Shown: piece after piece, positions 51,701 to 62,269 of the stretch | How positions within the stretch are numbered: position 1 is the first letter of the stretch | How the letters are laid out: each line of letters begins with the position of its first letter | NCBI GenBank assembly: GCA_951406725.2 | Contig: OX597816.1 | Span: 178,560,001-178,624,000, forward strand | Origin: Octopus vulgaris | Lineage: Eukaryota | DNA length: 64,000 nucleotides | Reading direction: 5' to 3' | The notes under the pieces: generated by a model | Databases searched by the model: none | Told to the model about the DNA's origin: nothing | What the model saw: only the letters and a program-made list of their open reading frames with translations | Made by a program: the position numbers and the translations under genes

Positions 51701-54282
51701 AGTTATCGCCATACTTATATGGCAGTCTTATAAATATAAGACTAAAGCTGTCGCTGTTTAGCTCCAAGAGGCCACTGCAGGATGAAGCGGCTGACCTCCC
51801 CTGTTCGAAGGTTTATAATGGACGCAGATTGTGTGTCAAATAGCTAGCTTGAGGCGGTGGCCTCTTGGAGCTAAATAGCGAAAGCTTTAGTCTTATATTT
51901 ATAAGACTGCCATATAAGTATGGCGATAACTATTAATTTCCAGTAACGCTGCCGTAATCTCCTTTAGAGAGACTTAGTAATTTTAATATTTCTATTATTT
52001 AAAATATATTTAAAAGAAATCCAACTCACCTCTTCAAGATTTTGTGGGGCATCATCCTCTAATAAATTATTCAAAGCTTCATACACTCGGCACTTTCGGT
52101 TAGTTAAATAATCTTTCTCATCATCAGAAAGGCAGAGACCATATCTCAAATCTGGTTTCTGGCTGAAATTATTAATTCAGGGATTTCATTTTAGTTTCAT
52201 TTCGTTTAATTTGTTTGTTTGTTTTTTCCTTTCTTGCTTTATTTTAATTAATGAATAGAACTCATTTATAATGAGAAGATCGTCTAAATCATCATCCCCA
52301 GCATCACAGTAATTCAAAAGGACCAGCTTTGTCGCACTCTATGTCATGGTGAATCTCCCTGAGAACTACATTAGGAGTATGTATGTTTGTGGTATGCTCA
52401 GGAACTTGCGTGTTAATTCCATGAACAGTTGATCATATCAACAGGAATGTTTGTCGTAGCTAATGGAGAGCCAGACAAATTAACCACTGATTTCCTTGTT
52501 TTATGTCATCGTCATTATGAAAAATCAAAGAAAGAAAGAACTGCCATTCCTTGAAGTTCTGTTAAAACAAACAGACACAAGTATCAATGTATTAAATGTC
52601 TACAGCATCAGTGTTAGGAAATGAAGTGTCAACACAACCTCAGGAAATATAATCTGCACCAATACATCAGTTTATAGAGAAAAAATGTGTTTCCTGAGAA
52701 ATAAATATATTCCTGAACAGCAAGTAGTCATCACAGAGACTCACATCCCCATTCAAGCACAAAGTAGTGGTATCTCTACTTTACCATAAATGATAGTCTG
52801 AGAAAAACTGAGAGAATCTACAATACACATAACTTCAGAACTGAGTTAATAATAACACCAGACTTTGGAAATTCCTTAACAAAAATCAAACCCACTCAGG
52901 GATAGCTTGAATATAAGAATTTAATCTGTATAATCTATATCTTCATATACAGAAATCAGGAAGTCTCTAATGGAATATGGTGTAGATGTAAATATTTGAA
53001 CATTTTTCATATTTAGAGAGTCTGTTTATAAACGTACTTTAAATTCATATACTTTAAAATGTAGTGAATGGAAGATTCACTTACGACATTCTGTTATTTT
53101 ATGGAGTAATCAGTCATAAACAAAGGTGAACAATTTCTAACAGGAATTATTATCTAATTGCATTCATTGTCATTCCTCTTATTTCATCGCTTTCATTTCA
53201 TCTTCCATTCTCAACAATAACTTCCTTTATCATATTAACCATTCATGACTTTTCGATATAAATTTTATCAACAAGGAAGCATGTCTCAGTTCAGGATTAA
53301 CTGATATATTAATAAATGTATTCAAAATTCATTTTCTTTGCTATTCATTCCAACACCACTCTGATTCAACGGAATGTAATTCATACATACTTGGGTGAGT
53401 ATGTTTTTGTAAAGGTTTTGTGTATATGAATAGTGTATATACTTCATACATATAGTGTGTATATGTGTGTGTATTCTTAAAACAATGCGAAGCAACTGAG
53501 GAGTGTAACTGCTTAATCATGGTGCAAATGGATGGAAGCACTCCGTCGGTTACAACGACGAGGGTTCTGGTTAATCCGATCAGCGGAACAGCCTGCTCGT
53601 GAAATTAACGTGTAAGTGGCTGAGCACTCCACAGACTCGGGGATATTCAGCATGACACAGAGAGTGACAAGGCCAGCCCTTTGAAATACAGGTACAACAG
53701 AAACAGGAAGTAAGAGTGAGAGAAAGTTGTGGTGAAAGAGTACAGCAGGGATCACCACCATCCCCTGCCGGAGCCTCGTGGAGCTTTTAGGTGTTTTCGC
53801 TCAATAAACACTCACAACGCCCGGTCTGGGAATCAAAACCACGATCCTACGACCGCGAGTCCGCTGCCCTAACCACTGGGCCATTGCGCCTCCCATGGTG
53901 CAAATAAATAACCTGGGAAGTGTAGAATGGTCCACATTCCTGTCATGGGTGACATATTGACAATGTTTGATTGGAATGTTTGTATTTCTCAGAAAAACCA
54001 TTTCTTTTATCAGGAAATAATGTTTGGTAGGCTGTGGCTTGTGTCCTGTCAATCAGTTTCTTATCAACAAAACAAGCAAATCTTGTTTCAAAGTTTTACT
54101 GAATTGTGAAATGATCAGAGTGAAGGTTTGGTGAGGTGTATATTAGTGGCAATAGAAAATTGGAAAGATTAAATTGTTTCTGATATTTTATATAAGAAAT
54201 ATTTTCTGAGTAAAAAAAGTTAAATTTAACGAAATTTAACTTACTTCAGTTCAGTTTTCAGTTCAATATCAAGTTCAATAAC
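24048..54282 (-). CDS. PLA2G4A: Cytosolic phospholipase A2 (group IV, cPLA2-alpha-like), 5'-partial; 12 exons in window: 54245-54282, 52030-52162, 48259-48395, 41694-41916, 40078-40192, 35275-35412, 32932-33024, 32379-32700, 29318-29445, 26275-26456, 25777-25963, 24048-24595
   Basis: All introns are GT-AG and phases join into one open frame of 2244 nt. Catalytic motifs GSGGGFRAM (Arg), GLSGS (Ser nucleophile) and VDAGL (Asp) are present, plus YPLSP and [14 protein letters not shown]. Orthology to the alpha paralog is inferred from recalled similarity to vertebrate cPLA2-alpha. Confidence 0.93.
25040..25303 (+). mobile_element. RTE 3'-end derived short repeat with (GAT)n tail
   Basis: Similar to 3900-4150. 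Confidence 0.75.
25777..25963 (-). CDS. PLA2G4A: cPLA2 exon ([20 protein letters not shown]...[20 protein letters not shown])
   Basis: ttgcag acceptor, gtaaaa donor; ELLLAEKWA motif. Confidence 0.96.
26275..26456 (-). CDS. PLA2G4A: cPLA2 exon with catalytic Asp (...[37 protein letters not shown]...EPFK)
   Basis: ttttacag acceptor, gtaggt donor; VDxGLxFN and LRPQRGV motifs. Confidence 0.97.
28099..28895. mobile_element. Tc1/mariner-superfamily relic with TIRs
   Basis: cagggtgtttgggttacatttgg vs ccaaatttaacctgaacatcccgtg; internal sequence decayed. Confidence 0.55.
29318..29445 (-). CDS. PLA2G4A: cPLA2 exon ([42 protein letters not shown])
   Basis: ttttctag acceptor, gtaagt donor; GRAGxVHNxMxGL and YPLSP motifs. 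Confidence 0.95.
30204..30584 (+). mobile_element. Young tRNA-derived SINE, 12-bp TSD
   Basis: A box TGGCCCAGTGG, B-box-like GGTTTCGATTCC; TSD agggcacagtct at 30189-30200 and 30584-30595. Confidence 0.92.
31784..32138 (-). mobile_element. RTE 3'-end derived short repeat
   Basis: (CAT)n plus ttagcgtccgttttccatgct...; near-identical to 59440-59840. Confidence 0.85.
32379..32700 (-). CDS. PLA2G4A: cPLA2 exon encoding an acidic/Ser-rich loop ([21 protein letters not shown]...[11 protein letters not shown])
   Basis: aacag acceptor, gtaagt donor; open 322 nt whose phases (1 in, 2 out) fit both neighbours; ORF 32375-32698. Confidence 0.88.
32932..33024 (-). CDS. PLA2G4A: cPLA2 exon ([31 protein letters not shown])
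   Basis: cag acceptor, gtgagt donor; GxWGSAF motif; phase 1 to phase 1. Confidence 0.94.
34050..34232 (-). mobile_element. RTE 3'-end derived short repeat (truncated)
   Basis: Same tail sequence as 31784-32138. Confidence 0.82.
35275..35412 (-). CDS. PLA2G4A: cPLA2 exon ([19 protein letters not shown]...FGSKFFMG...PEPPLHYLQ)
   Basis: ttttcag acceptor, gtaaga donor; WxEFxPYEIG and FGSKFFMG motifs. Confidence 0.96.
35586..36010 (-). mobile_element. R4/NeSL-like (RLE-type) non-LTR retrotransposon remnant
   Basis: Decayed [32 protein letters not shown], resembling the zinc-knuckle/RHD/RPD region. Confidence 0.6.
36246..36820 (-). mobile_element. RTE 3'-UTR-like fragment with internal duplication
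   Basis: (CAT)n tail and tttaacgtccgttctccatgct; duplicated ggatcct(g)gctggtt..gccccaacatgtctt block. Confidence 0.6.
37457..37760 (-). mobile_element. RTE 3'-end derived short repeat
   Basis: Same tail family. Confidence 0.75.
38148..38535 (-). mobile_element. Young tRNA-derived SINE, 12-bp TSD
   Basis: Near-identical to 30204-30584; TSD tagaagacttct at 38136-38147 and 38536-38547. Confidence 0.93.
38980..39563. mobile_element. Palindromic head-to-head dimer of a tRNA-headed SINE with a hammerhead-like 3' tail, single 12-bp TSD
   Basis: A box 39318-39328, B box 39361-39372, CTGAAGA..CAGCCGAAAC at 39467-39502; mirror arm with CTGATGA at 39103-39109; TSD atctatctcaat at 38968-38979 and 39564-39575. 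Confidence 0.85.
39576..39960 (+). mobile_element. CR1/L2-like RT remnant (host of the palindromic SINE insertion)
   Basis: Decayed HQYGFHRA and [11 protein letters not shown] motifs. Confidence 0.55.
40078..40192 (-). CDS. PLA2G4A: cPLA2 exon ([38 protein letters not shown])
   Basis: cag acceptor, gtaagc donor; PLPxxTCxHVK motif; absent from the ORF track. Confidence 0.93.
41694..41916 (-). CDS. PLA2G4A: cPLA2 exon ([12 protein letters not shown]...[25 protein letters not shown])
   Basis: cag acceptor, gtaact donor; GQPVxFTDxFGxLxGETL motif. Confidence 0.95.
42255..43150 (-). mobile_element. mariner transposon relic
   Basis: [24 protein letters not shown] and KGVLFHQDN motifs; TIR-like end gaagttttcagcccacccttgta. 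Confidence 0.8.
44178..44425 (+). mobile_element. mariner 3' fragment
   Basis: [32 protein letters not shown] resembles a mariner transposase C-terminus. Confidence 0.55.
45351..45600 (-). mobile_element. RTE 3'-end derived short repeat
   Basis: (CAT)n tail family. Confidence 0.82.
45610..46243. repeat. G-rich ~158-bp tandem repeat, 4 copies
   Basis: cagaaatat anchors at 45621, 45779, 45942 and 46098. Confidence 0.95.
46700..47766 (+). mobile_element. Internally deleted Helitron (Rep/Hel N-terminal zinc-binding region)
   Basis: ORF 47163-47519 [41 protein letters not shown]; 3' end cccacgcaacaccagg..CTAG at 47763-47766. Confidence 0.85.
48259..48395 (-). CDS. PLA2G4A: cPLA2 exon with catalytic Arg and Ser ([21 protein letters not shown]...[10 protein letters not shown])
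   Basis: cag acceptor, gtaagt donor; diagnostic GGGFRA and GLSGS motifs. Confidence 0.97.
48726..49417. repeat. Compound (CA)n/(CATA)n microsatellite, about 690 bp
   Basis: Read directly; source of six spurious long ORFs. Confidence 0.97.
51695..51937. repeat. Foldback element, ~85-bp near-perfect arms with nested hairpins
   Basis: attaatagttatcgccatacttatatggc..gaggccac vs gtggcctc..gccatataagtatggcgataactattaat. Confidence 0.92.
52030..52162 (-). CDS. PLA2G4A: cPLA2 exon ([23 protein letters not shown]...QNLEE)
   Basis: tttcag acceptor, gtgagt donor; PDLR...L...EK motif of the cPLA2 catalytic-domain N-terminus. Confidence 0.92.
52515..52935 (+). mobile_element. Possible Penelope RT C-terminal remnant
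   Basis: Decayed LPFLEVLLK and [19 protein letters not shown] motifs. Confidence 0.45.
53530..53893 (-). mobile_element. Young tRNA-derived SINE, 12-bp TSD
   Basis: Same family as 30204; TSD catggtgcaaat at 53518-53529 and 53894-53905. Confidence 0.93.
54245..54282 (-). CDS. PLA2G4A: cPLA2 exon, 38 nt ([13 protein letters not shown]), end of C2 domain/linker
   Basis: tttcag acceptor and gtaagt donor; its phase-2 end joins the next exon to give ...[11 protein letters not shown]; too short for the ORF track. Confidence 0.8.
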
Positions 54283-55386
54283 CTGAAAGCAACAGAAAAA
54301 TGTTCAGAATAAAAATATTTTACATTTTTGATTGACATTATTTAAATCATTGCATTTATTTACTTTGTAAAAGACAATTTTAAACATCCTTTTGTGACCA
54401 TTCTTTAAAGTTCACTGATATTGCAGTTCATCTCAAACCAATGTTTGTGCACTGTGAAGCATTTAACTCTTTAGCATTCAGATTTCCCTGTCAAATGCAA
54501 TACTTATTAACATTGATATGAATTAGTCATGCATCACCTTGTAGCTTTGAGATTTTAATGATGTAATTGTTTATTTTTAGAATAACATTTTAGGGTAAGT
54601 GTGAGAGGCTGGATCTGATCAGTTTGAAGATAAAACAGATGGAATATTTTGGCCAGATATGGCTAGTTTAATGCCAAAGAGTGAAGACTTTACAAATAAT
54701 AGGCAGTAATTCTCACACAGCACATTCTCAATCTTATTTACAGCATACAGGTTTAACCAAGTAACCAACTGTCCAAGATCAGAGGCTTACATACAGTGTA
54801 TGCTGCCCAGGGCAGTCTTGTCTTTGCCTTTCCCCAAGTCCCCAGGCTCATACAGGCGTATATAGCAAACTCAAAAGTGCCATCCATGCTTCATGATACC
54901 TGCTATGCAACAAAGAAGTTATGCCACAATGAAGCTATGCAACAGAGAAGCTATGCAACAGTCTTTACAACTTGAACATATGATTCATGCTGTAAAGTTT
55001 CTCCTAAAAAACGAAGCCACTGATCAGTAGACTTCATTTCCCAGGACACAGGTCAATGGCACACCAGAATGGATTTAGTCTTATCACTGTCATCATTATG
55101 TAAGCCCAGGTTTATTCGTGATTGAGAGAATTTATGACTTATACATAGTCAGTTCAATGATTAAGTTAGAAATCCAAATCAATTGCTCAGATCACCACAT
55201 TGCACATTCTGACGTGCAGTGATTAATTGCATGTGATGCAACGTCTCAGTTTGTGCAAGCTGAGCTCTTTTTAATATTCAATCTGTTTTTGTCTATTTGT
55301 TGTTGTTTAAGCCCAGGTTAGCCTTAATCAATCATACTCAAGTTTAAAGACATTCTGGACATAACTATAGGCTTGTGACCTGACAT

Positions 55387-56727
55387 AGTCTATAGGCTTG
55401 TGACCTGAGAGGCAGTTTGTTCATTAATGTTTTATGTTGTTTCTTGAGAAGGTGTTGGGTATTTGTGCACAAATGTTTTGTCGGGGATGGTATTGAAAGC
55501 TTTTCTGGTGCTAATGGTTGTTAGAATGTTGCTTGTTGAAGCCATGACACATTTTTTGCATATATTGTGGTCATAACTATCTTATGTTTTATATATATTC
55601 AAGACTATATTGTGTCCTTCCGTGTCTGATGTCACCTTCTTTTTAAAAAATATGAGAGATTTAGTGCTATTCTTGCAGATGAAGCTTTTGTGTAGATTCT
55701 TCTATTGGCTCATCTGTACGTTTCTAGATTCTAGTCGTGGTCACATTAGAGACAGGCTAGTTTAACTTGATCAGCAGCAACAACTGTTTCTCTTTTGATT
55801 TTTGCTGTGTTTGTGCTCATGAATAGGAGAGAATTGCATTAAGACGACATTGTTGTAGTGTTTGGAGTGTTGTAGGTGTGTCACATTTTTGTATGGGTTT
55901 GTTCATGCAGTGACTCACACTGTGAGGGTTTGAACCAAATCAAATTGTGACTTTTGTATATCTAAAGTGTTTTTCATTTTTAATATTCTTTGTTTTGTTC
56001 TGAAGGTAGTCTGTGGGTGTGGTTTGTGTTATTTGTAGTTCATGATTTGTTTAAAAGCCATGATTGGACTGGCAAAAGCCATGTTGGATTGACTGTATTG
56101 TTTGAACAGTAGTACTGTTTCTTTGTTTGCTACTATTTTGTTTCTTAACTATGTTTTATATGTTCTGTAACTGTTCTAGGTGTGTATATAATTCTAAGTA
56201 TTTGTTTCTTTTGTGTATGTGTTGTGCATTTATACTGTGATGGTTCGAAGTGACTTGTGTTCTCAGTATTGTTGCCATGAGGGAGATGATGGATTTGACA
56301 AATACAACTAAGTCCGTTGTTTTGGAACCAAGTTCTCAGAAGTCTGATGCAGGGTTGGAGAAATTGTCCAACTGTGTCTGGATGATAGTAGGAAGATGTA
56401 AATGGAATGTTATCTGAGTACGAGGCTGTAAATATGTTTTATGGAGGGACATGATGGTTGGGAAGATATATGTTGAAAAATGCAGTAGCAAAATCAGATC
56501 ATTGTGCTTTTGCCGATTCTAGATAAATTACTGTTGTAAAGTCTATAGGCTTGTGACCTGAGAGGCAGTTTGTTCATTAGTGTTTTATGTTGTTTCTTGA
56601 GAAGGTGTTGGGTATTTGTGCACAAATGTTTTGTCGGGGATGGTATTGAAAGCTTTTCTGGTGCTAATGGTTGTTAGAATGTTGCTTGTTGAAGCCATGA
56701 CACATTTTTTGCATATATTGTGGTCAT
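55387..56727 (+). repeat. 188-bp near-identical direct duplication (55387-55574 and 56540-56727)
   Basis: Only one mismatch seen by eye. Confidence 0.92.
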
Positions 56728-57508
56728 TGAATGTAGTCATCTGAATCTGTGTTGTGATTTGTAGAAAGGAAGATCTGAAGTATTGATATCAAAGAAGAGT
56801 CATTTCTAAAATAGTTGAGGATGAGCATAAGAGTATATGGCACTTTAGGATGCTGAAGAGTGAGAAAATAAAATATATTTCTTGCAAGTCTCCTTTCCAA
56901 CTTCTCTTGACAAAGAATCGAAGAGGCTATGCAATTAAATCTAAACTATCATTGACCAGATTCTAAATCCTGTCAATTATAGGATTGTTAGAATGTTGTA
57001 CAAAATGCCTTGCTGCTATTGTTTCAGTTCTTTATGTTCTGAGTTCAAACTCCAAACTCAACATTGTTTTCATATTTTGAGGTCGATAAACTAAAGTACT
57101 GGTCAAATACTGAAGTTCATATAATGTTCTGGTCCCTTAGCCCTAAAATTACTGATCTTGTGTCTAAATTAGAATCAGTTCTGAGTTTAAATTCTGCCAA
57201 GGTTGACTTAGTCTTTTATCCTTTCAGGATTGATGAAATAAGTACGTCAAGCAGTGGGGGGTCATTGTAATCAACTTACCCTACCCAACAAGATTTTAGG
57301 CCTTCAGCTTATAGTTGAAAGGATTATTATGCATAATTTTGACATAAAAATAGATCCTTGTCTAGCATTCTCAAACATACCATTGGTAAAACAATTCCTT
57401 CAAGCTCTATGTAGCAAACTTTTGTTAACATAATCTTCTGACAACAAACATCATTCTCAAAAAACGAACTCTCCAACCTGGACTTCTCCAGATGACTGGA
57501 CTATAGAC

Positions 57509-58324
57509 TACCATATAATCCCATGTAATTTATGCCCTTTTTTTCCCCCAAAATAAAAATAGACTTTAGTGGGTGCGTAAATTACATGAGCAGATCATTT
57601 TGAGAATTTTTTTTGAAATTTTTGTTGTTGCAAAAAGACATACAAAACGTAAACATTCGCACCAAAAGTTGACTCATTTAATGTCAGAATAGGTTTTTAC
57701 AGAAAAAAATAATGGCTTAAATATGAAGTTGAGTTTTATTTATGCTGGATGGTATAATGCTTACTGTTTCTGTATAAATTTGCTAAAACCATTAAATGGT
57801 TGACTAGTTTTTGAAGTCTGATGTTCAAGCTGGTAAACACAGTCCAGGCCATATTCTACATTGCTTGGAGTATCACAATGGAGTATCACAATGGAGCACT
57901 ATTGATATACGTAATAATTTGGATATTCCCGACTGAAAAAAATGTAAAGATATGGATAATCTTGATTGTATGTTTTTATTTTTGTCTGATTATTACTAGG
58001 CACAGTTTTAAGTTTGTCGTACTGTTTACGCCAATTTTGAAGATTGGCTCTATTGCCACCGTTCAAATACATATTCAACATATTTAATATCTCCTTTGCA
58101 GTAAACTATTCATAAGTTCTGTCCATACTGACAATAATGGTAATGACAAATTTTTAAGTTTGCTTGACATTTTATAAGTGTGAAAGGGATTAAAATTTCA
58201 ATACTCCATATCAAAGGTTCCGACAAGAATAGGCGGAAAAGAAGTTTTTTATAACAAATTTTATCCTAAACATCACCTGCGTAAGTTACACACATGTACA
58301 AATCACATGGGTTTTTTTATGGTA
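57509..58324. mobile_element. pogo/Tigger-like non-autonomous DNA transposon relic
   Basis: TA-flanked imperfect TIRs taccatataatcccatgtaattt / aaatcacatgggtttttttatggta. Confidence 0.55.
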
Positions 58325-59439
58325 AATTAATTTCATCGTCATCCCAAGTCATATATGTTGAACATGTCTGATGTCTCTACATTAAGTGCACCTAACAAGA
58401 TATCATAGAAAAATGAGAATCTGTTAATACATAAACTTTGTGATGCAAATGGCAGCATGTCTGTCCTGCAGTGAATTTTAATAAAGTGGCACTTAAGGAT
58501 GCAAGAATTCTGATGTGAACTAAATAACTGTTTCTCACTCCACTTATTTAATAACAACCTTATGCAATATAGAAAACAATCTCTGAACTAAAATTTTAAT
58601 GTAATAAGTGGTTATCCTACATAAGAACGAGCAGTATCACTCAGTATGGGTGTCAAATTAGATTATAATTGCTATAAAAAGAAAGAAAGATGAAGTCATA
58701 TGGTGACAGCTCCGTTAATTATGAAAGCTGAAACTGAAGCAAAGAACCTAGTTAAGAAACATAAAGAAGGTGCTGGTGTGGGTGTGTGGTGAGATGCTTG
58801 TTTACCAGCCACATGGTTCCAGGTTCAGTCCCACTTTGTGACACCTTGGGCAAGTGTCTCCTACTATAGCCTCAGGCTGATCAAATCCTTGTGAGTGAAT
58901 TTGGTAGACAAAAACTGAAAGAAGCCTGTCATGTGTGTGTGTGTGTACGTGTGTGTGTGTGTGTGTGTGTGTGCGTGTGCGTGCGTGTGTGTGTGTGTGT
59001 GTGTGTGCGTGCGTGCGTGTGTGTGTGTGTGTGCGTGCGTGTGTGTTTGTCCCCATCACAGCTTGACAACCATACTTCTGTGTCTGTTTTGGCATGGTTT
59101 TTTATGGCTGGGTGCCCTTCCTAACACCAGCCCCACTGCAGAGTGGCTTGAGTGCTTTTTATGTGGCACCAGCACAGGCAAGGCCAGTTTTAGCATGGTT
59201 AGCATGGTTTTTACAGCTTCATGTCCTTCCAAATGCCAATCACTTTACAGTGTAGACTGGATGCTTTTTAAGTGGCACCTGCACTGGCAGGGTCACCATG
59301 GACTAAGAACTGAGACTTAGTGAACCCCTACTTGTATGCTAAATTCATCACTGTATTCATGGTTGACTCTCACCTTACATCACCTCTGTACATGACTTGT
59401 ATTTCCATTGCAGCTTATGATAGTAAAATGGATGGAATT

Positions 59440-59840
59440 CATCATCATCATCATCATCATCATCATTTAGCGTCCGCTTTCCATGCTAGCATGGGTTGGA
59501 CGGTTCAACTGGGGTCTGTGAAGCCGGAAGGCTTCATCAGGCCTAGTCAGATCTAGCAGTGTTTCTACGGCTGGATGCCCTTCCTAACGCCAACCACTCC
59601 ATGAGTGTAGTGGGTGCTTTTTACGTGCCACCCGCACACGTGCCAGACAGAGCTGGCAAACGGCCACAAACGGATGGTGCTTTTTATGTGCCACCGGCAC
59701 GAGGGCCAGGCGAGGCTGGCAATGGACACGAACGGATGGTGCTTTTTACGTGCCACCGGCACGAGGCCAGTCGGGGCGGCGCTGGCAACGGTCGCGAAAC
59801 GGAAGGTTCTCTTACATGCCACTGGCACTGGTAACACATC
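59440..59840 (-). mobile_element. RTE 3'-end derived short repeat
   Basis: Near-identical to 31784-32138. Confidence 0.87.
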
Positions 59841-60358
59841 TGCAATTTCCATTGATCGATTTCATCATCTCTATTCATATTCATTATTTTTGATCAACTG
59901 TAGTTGTCTTAAAAACTGAAAATGTTATGAGTTCAAATAATCTGTAGCTTATACCAAAGCTGTTATTATCACAATGATATTAGCTGCAAATCAATCTTGT
60001 CAAAACTGAATGCATCGCTACAGGTAAGACAGCCAAATCTAGGCATAGCAATTTATGGCAGACCTATAAAACAAGTCGTGTAATTTGTCAATTTAGGGCA
60101 TAACTATTAGCTACAAACAGCAACAAGGTTGTTGTCCTCTACAGAATTGCCGGTGCCACTTAAAAAGCATCCATGCTACTTATATATGGATTAGATTGTG
60201 TCATCTGATCTCAAATATACAACTTCAAAAATTGAAGTATTTAAAAACAATGTCATGAAATTTATAACTGAGAAACACACAACTGACAAAGTTAAAATGC
60301 TAAGTCTATGAAAAGTGGCACAACTACAATAAATTTCAATTTTAGTAAAGTTAAAATA

Positions 60359-60529
60359 GGCGCAGGAGTGGCTGTGTGGTAAGTAGCTCGCTAACCAACC
60401 ACATGGTTCCGGGTTCAGTCCCACTGTGTGGCATCTTGGGCAAGTGCCTTCTGCTATAGCCCCGGGCCGACCAATGCCTTGTGAGTGGATTTGGTAGACG
60501 GAAACTGAAAGAAGCCTGTCGTATATATG

Positions 60530-60577
<48 letters not shown>

Positions 60578-60801
60578 ATGTGTTTGTGTGTCTGTGTTTG
60601 TCCCCTAGCATTGCTTGACAACCGATGCTGGTGTGTTTACGTCCCCGTTACTTAGTGGTTCGGCAAAAAAGAGGCCGATAGAATAAGTACTGGGCTTACA
60701 AAGAATAAGTCCCGGGGTCAATTTGCTCGACTAAAGGCGGTGCTCCAGCATGGCCGCAGTCAAATGACTGAAACAAGTAAAAGAGTAAAAGAGTAAAGAG
60801 T
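60359..60801 (+). mobile_element. Full-length tRNA-derived CORE-like SINE with (GTAAAAGA)n tail
   Basis: A box TGGCTGTGTGG, B-box-like GGTTCAGTCC, ttgggcaagtg core-like block and internal (TA)n. Confidence 0.88.
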
Positions 60802-61119
60802 TAAAAGCAACTTACTAAAACTGTTAACGTTTGGAAAGAGGAATGAGGATGTCCCCAAGAGCAGATGGAAAGTGAAAATCCTAAATATTCTATGTCAATC
60901 ATAAGCAGAATTCAATATAATGATATTGAGCCAGGATAAATGGAGAAAATATGTTGATGACATTTCATACTCAGTTGCAAATAGAAATTAATGATGCATA
61001 CAAACGCAAGAAGGTGTGAGACGATACTGCTTTTATTTCAAGGTGCAAATTCGTGATTTTATCCATTGGGCATCCAGTGAAAAAAAGGAGGGTCACAGTC
61101 ATGTTCTATGTGGAACATA

Positions 61120-61458
61120 TACTCTTTTACTCTTTTACTTGTTTCAGTCATTTGACTGCGGCCATGCTGGAGCACCGCCTTTAGTCGAGCAACTCAACCC
61201 CGGGACTTATTCTTTTGTAAGCCCAGTACTTATTCTATCGGTCTCTTTTGCCGAACCACTAAGTAACGGGGACATAAACACACCACATCGGTTGTCAAGC
61301 AATGCTAGGGGGACAAACACAGACACACAAACACACACACGCATATATATATATACATATACACGACAGGCTTCTTTCAGTTTCCGTCTACCAAATCCAC
61401 TCACAAGGCATTGGTCGACCCGAGGCTATAGCAGAAGACACTTGCCCAAGGTGCCATG
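61120..61458 (-). mobile_element. 5'-truncated copy of the same SINE, tail-to-tail with 60359-60801
   Basis: Reverse-complement match across the body and tail. Confidence 0.88.
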
Positions 61459-61833
61459 CATGTATACTTTTGTTGTGTGTTTTCTTTTGCATTATTGTTG
61501 ATTTTCAAGAAACCTGATAAGGTCGTTAGCATAGTGTTGAATCATGGGTATGTTATTTGAGATTGTTATTGGCTGTATGATGTGGCTGTTGTTGTTTCTA
61601 TTGATCTTACTACTAACAGCTCTGTACTTTTTCCTGCTTTTATACAAATGCTGGCCTCTCTTTTCTATGGTTTATTTTTTCTATTTGTTTTTTCAAAATT
61701 TCTTGATACATCCAAGTTATGTGGTCTTTGAGGTTGTCACTGGGTTTTCTTAGGTCGATTATTGATAGTTGTCTTGCTAAATATATTTTTGGGAAGTATC
61801 CAAAAATCATTTTGTTGAACTGTATGATTTATT

Positions 61834-61929
<96 letters not shown>

Positions 61930-62269
61930 GGCATTGTTGAGGTCTGCAAAACTTAATTCTGTTTCTTAGTGAAATTGGTTCTATTGAACCATTTAAAAAT
62001 TTCTAAAAGCTTTCTGAAAGTTTTTTTTTTTTTATTTGGTGTATTGATGGTAAGTGTGTAGTGATAATGAGAAGTGGTTGGTCAGCAGAGTATTTTGGAT
62101 TTGGTTGTAGTAAATAGATGTGAGAAGCTGAAGGTGATGCCAGGTGAAAGTTATTGAAGTGCTCCTGGGAACGTATGTGAGTATGTTGGTCTCATATTTT
62201 TAGTATTTTAAAATGAATTTATGATTATGATGTGAAATCGTGCGTTGAAAAAGGTATTGTTTCATTTGA

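Noticed and set aside
57380-57477. Possible upstream cPLA2 exon (cag...gtatgt on the minus strand)
   Set aside because: No resemblance to a C2 domain, and one frame contains a stop.
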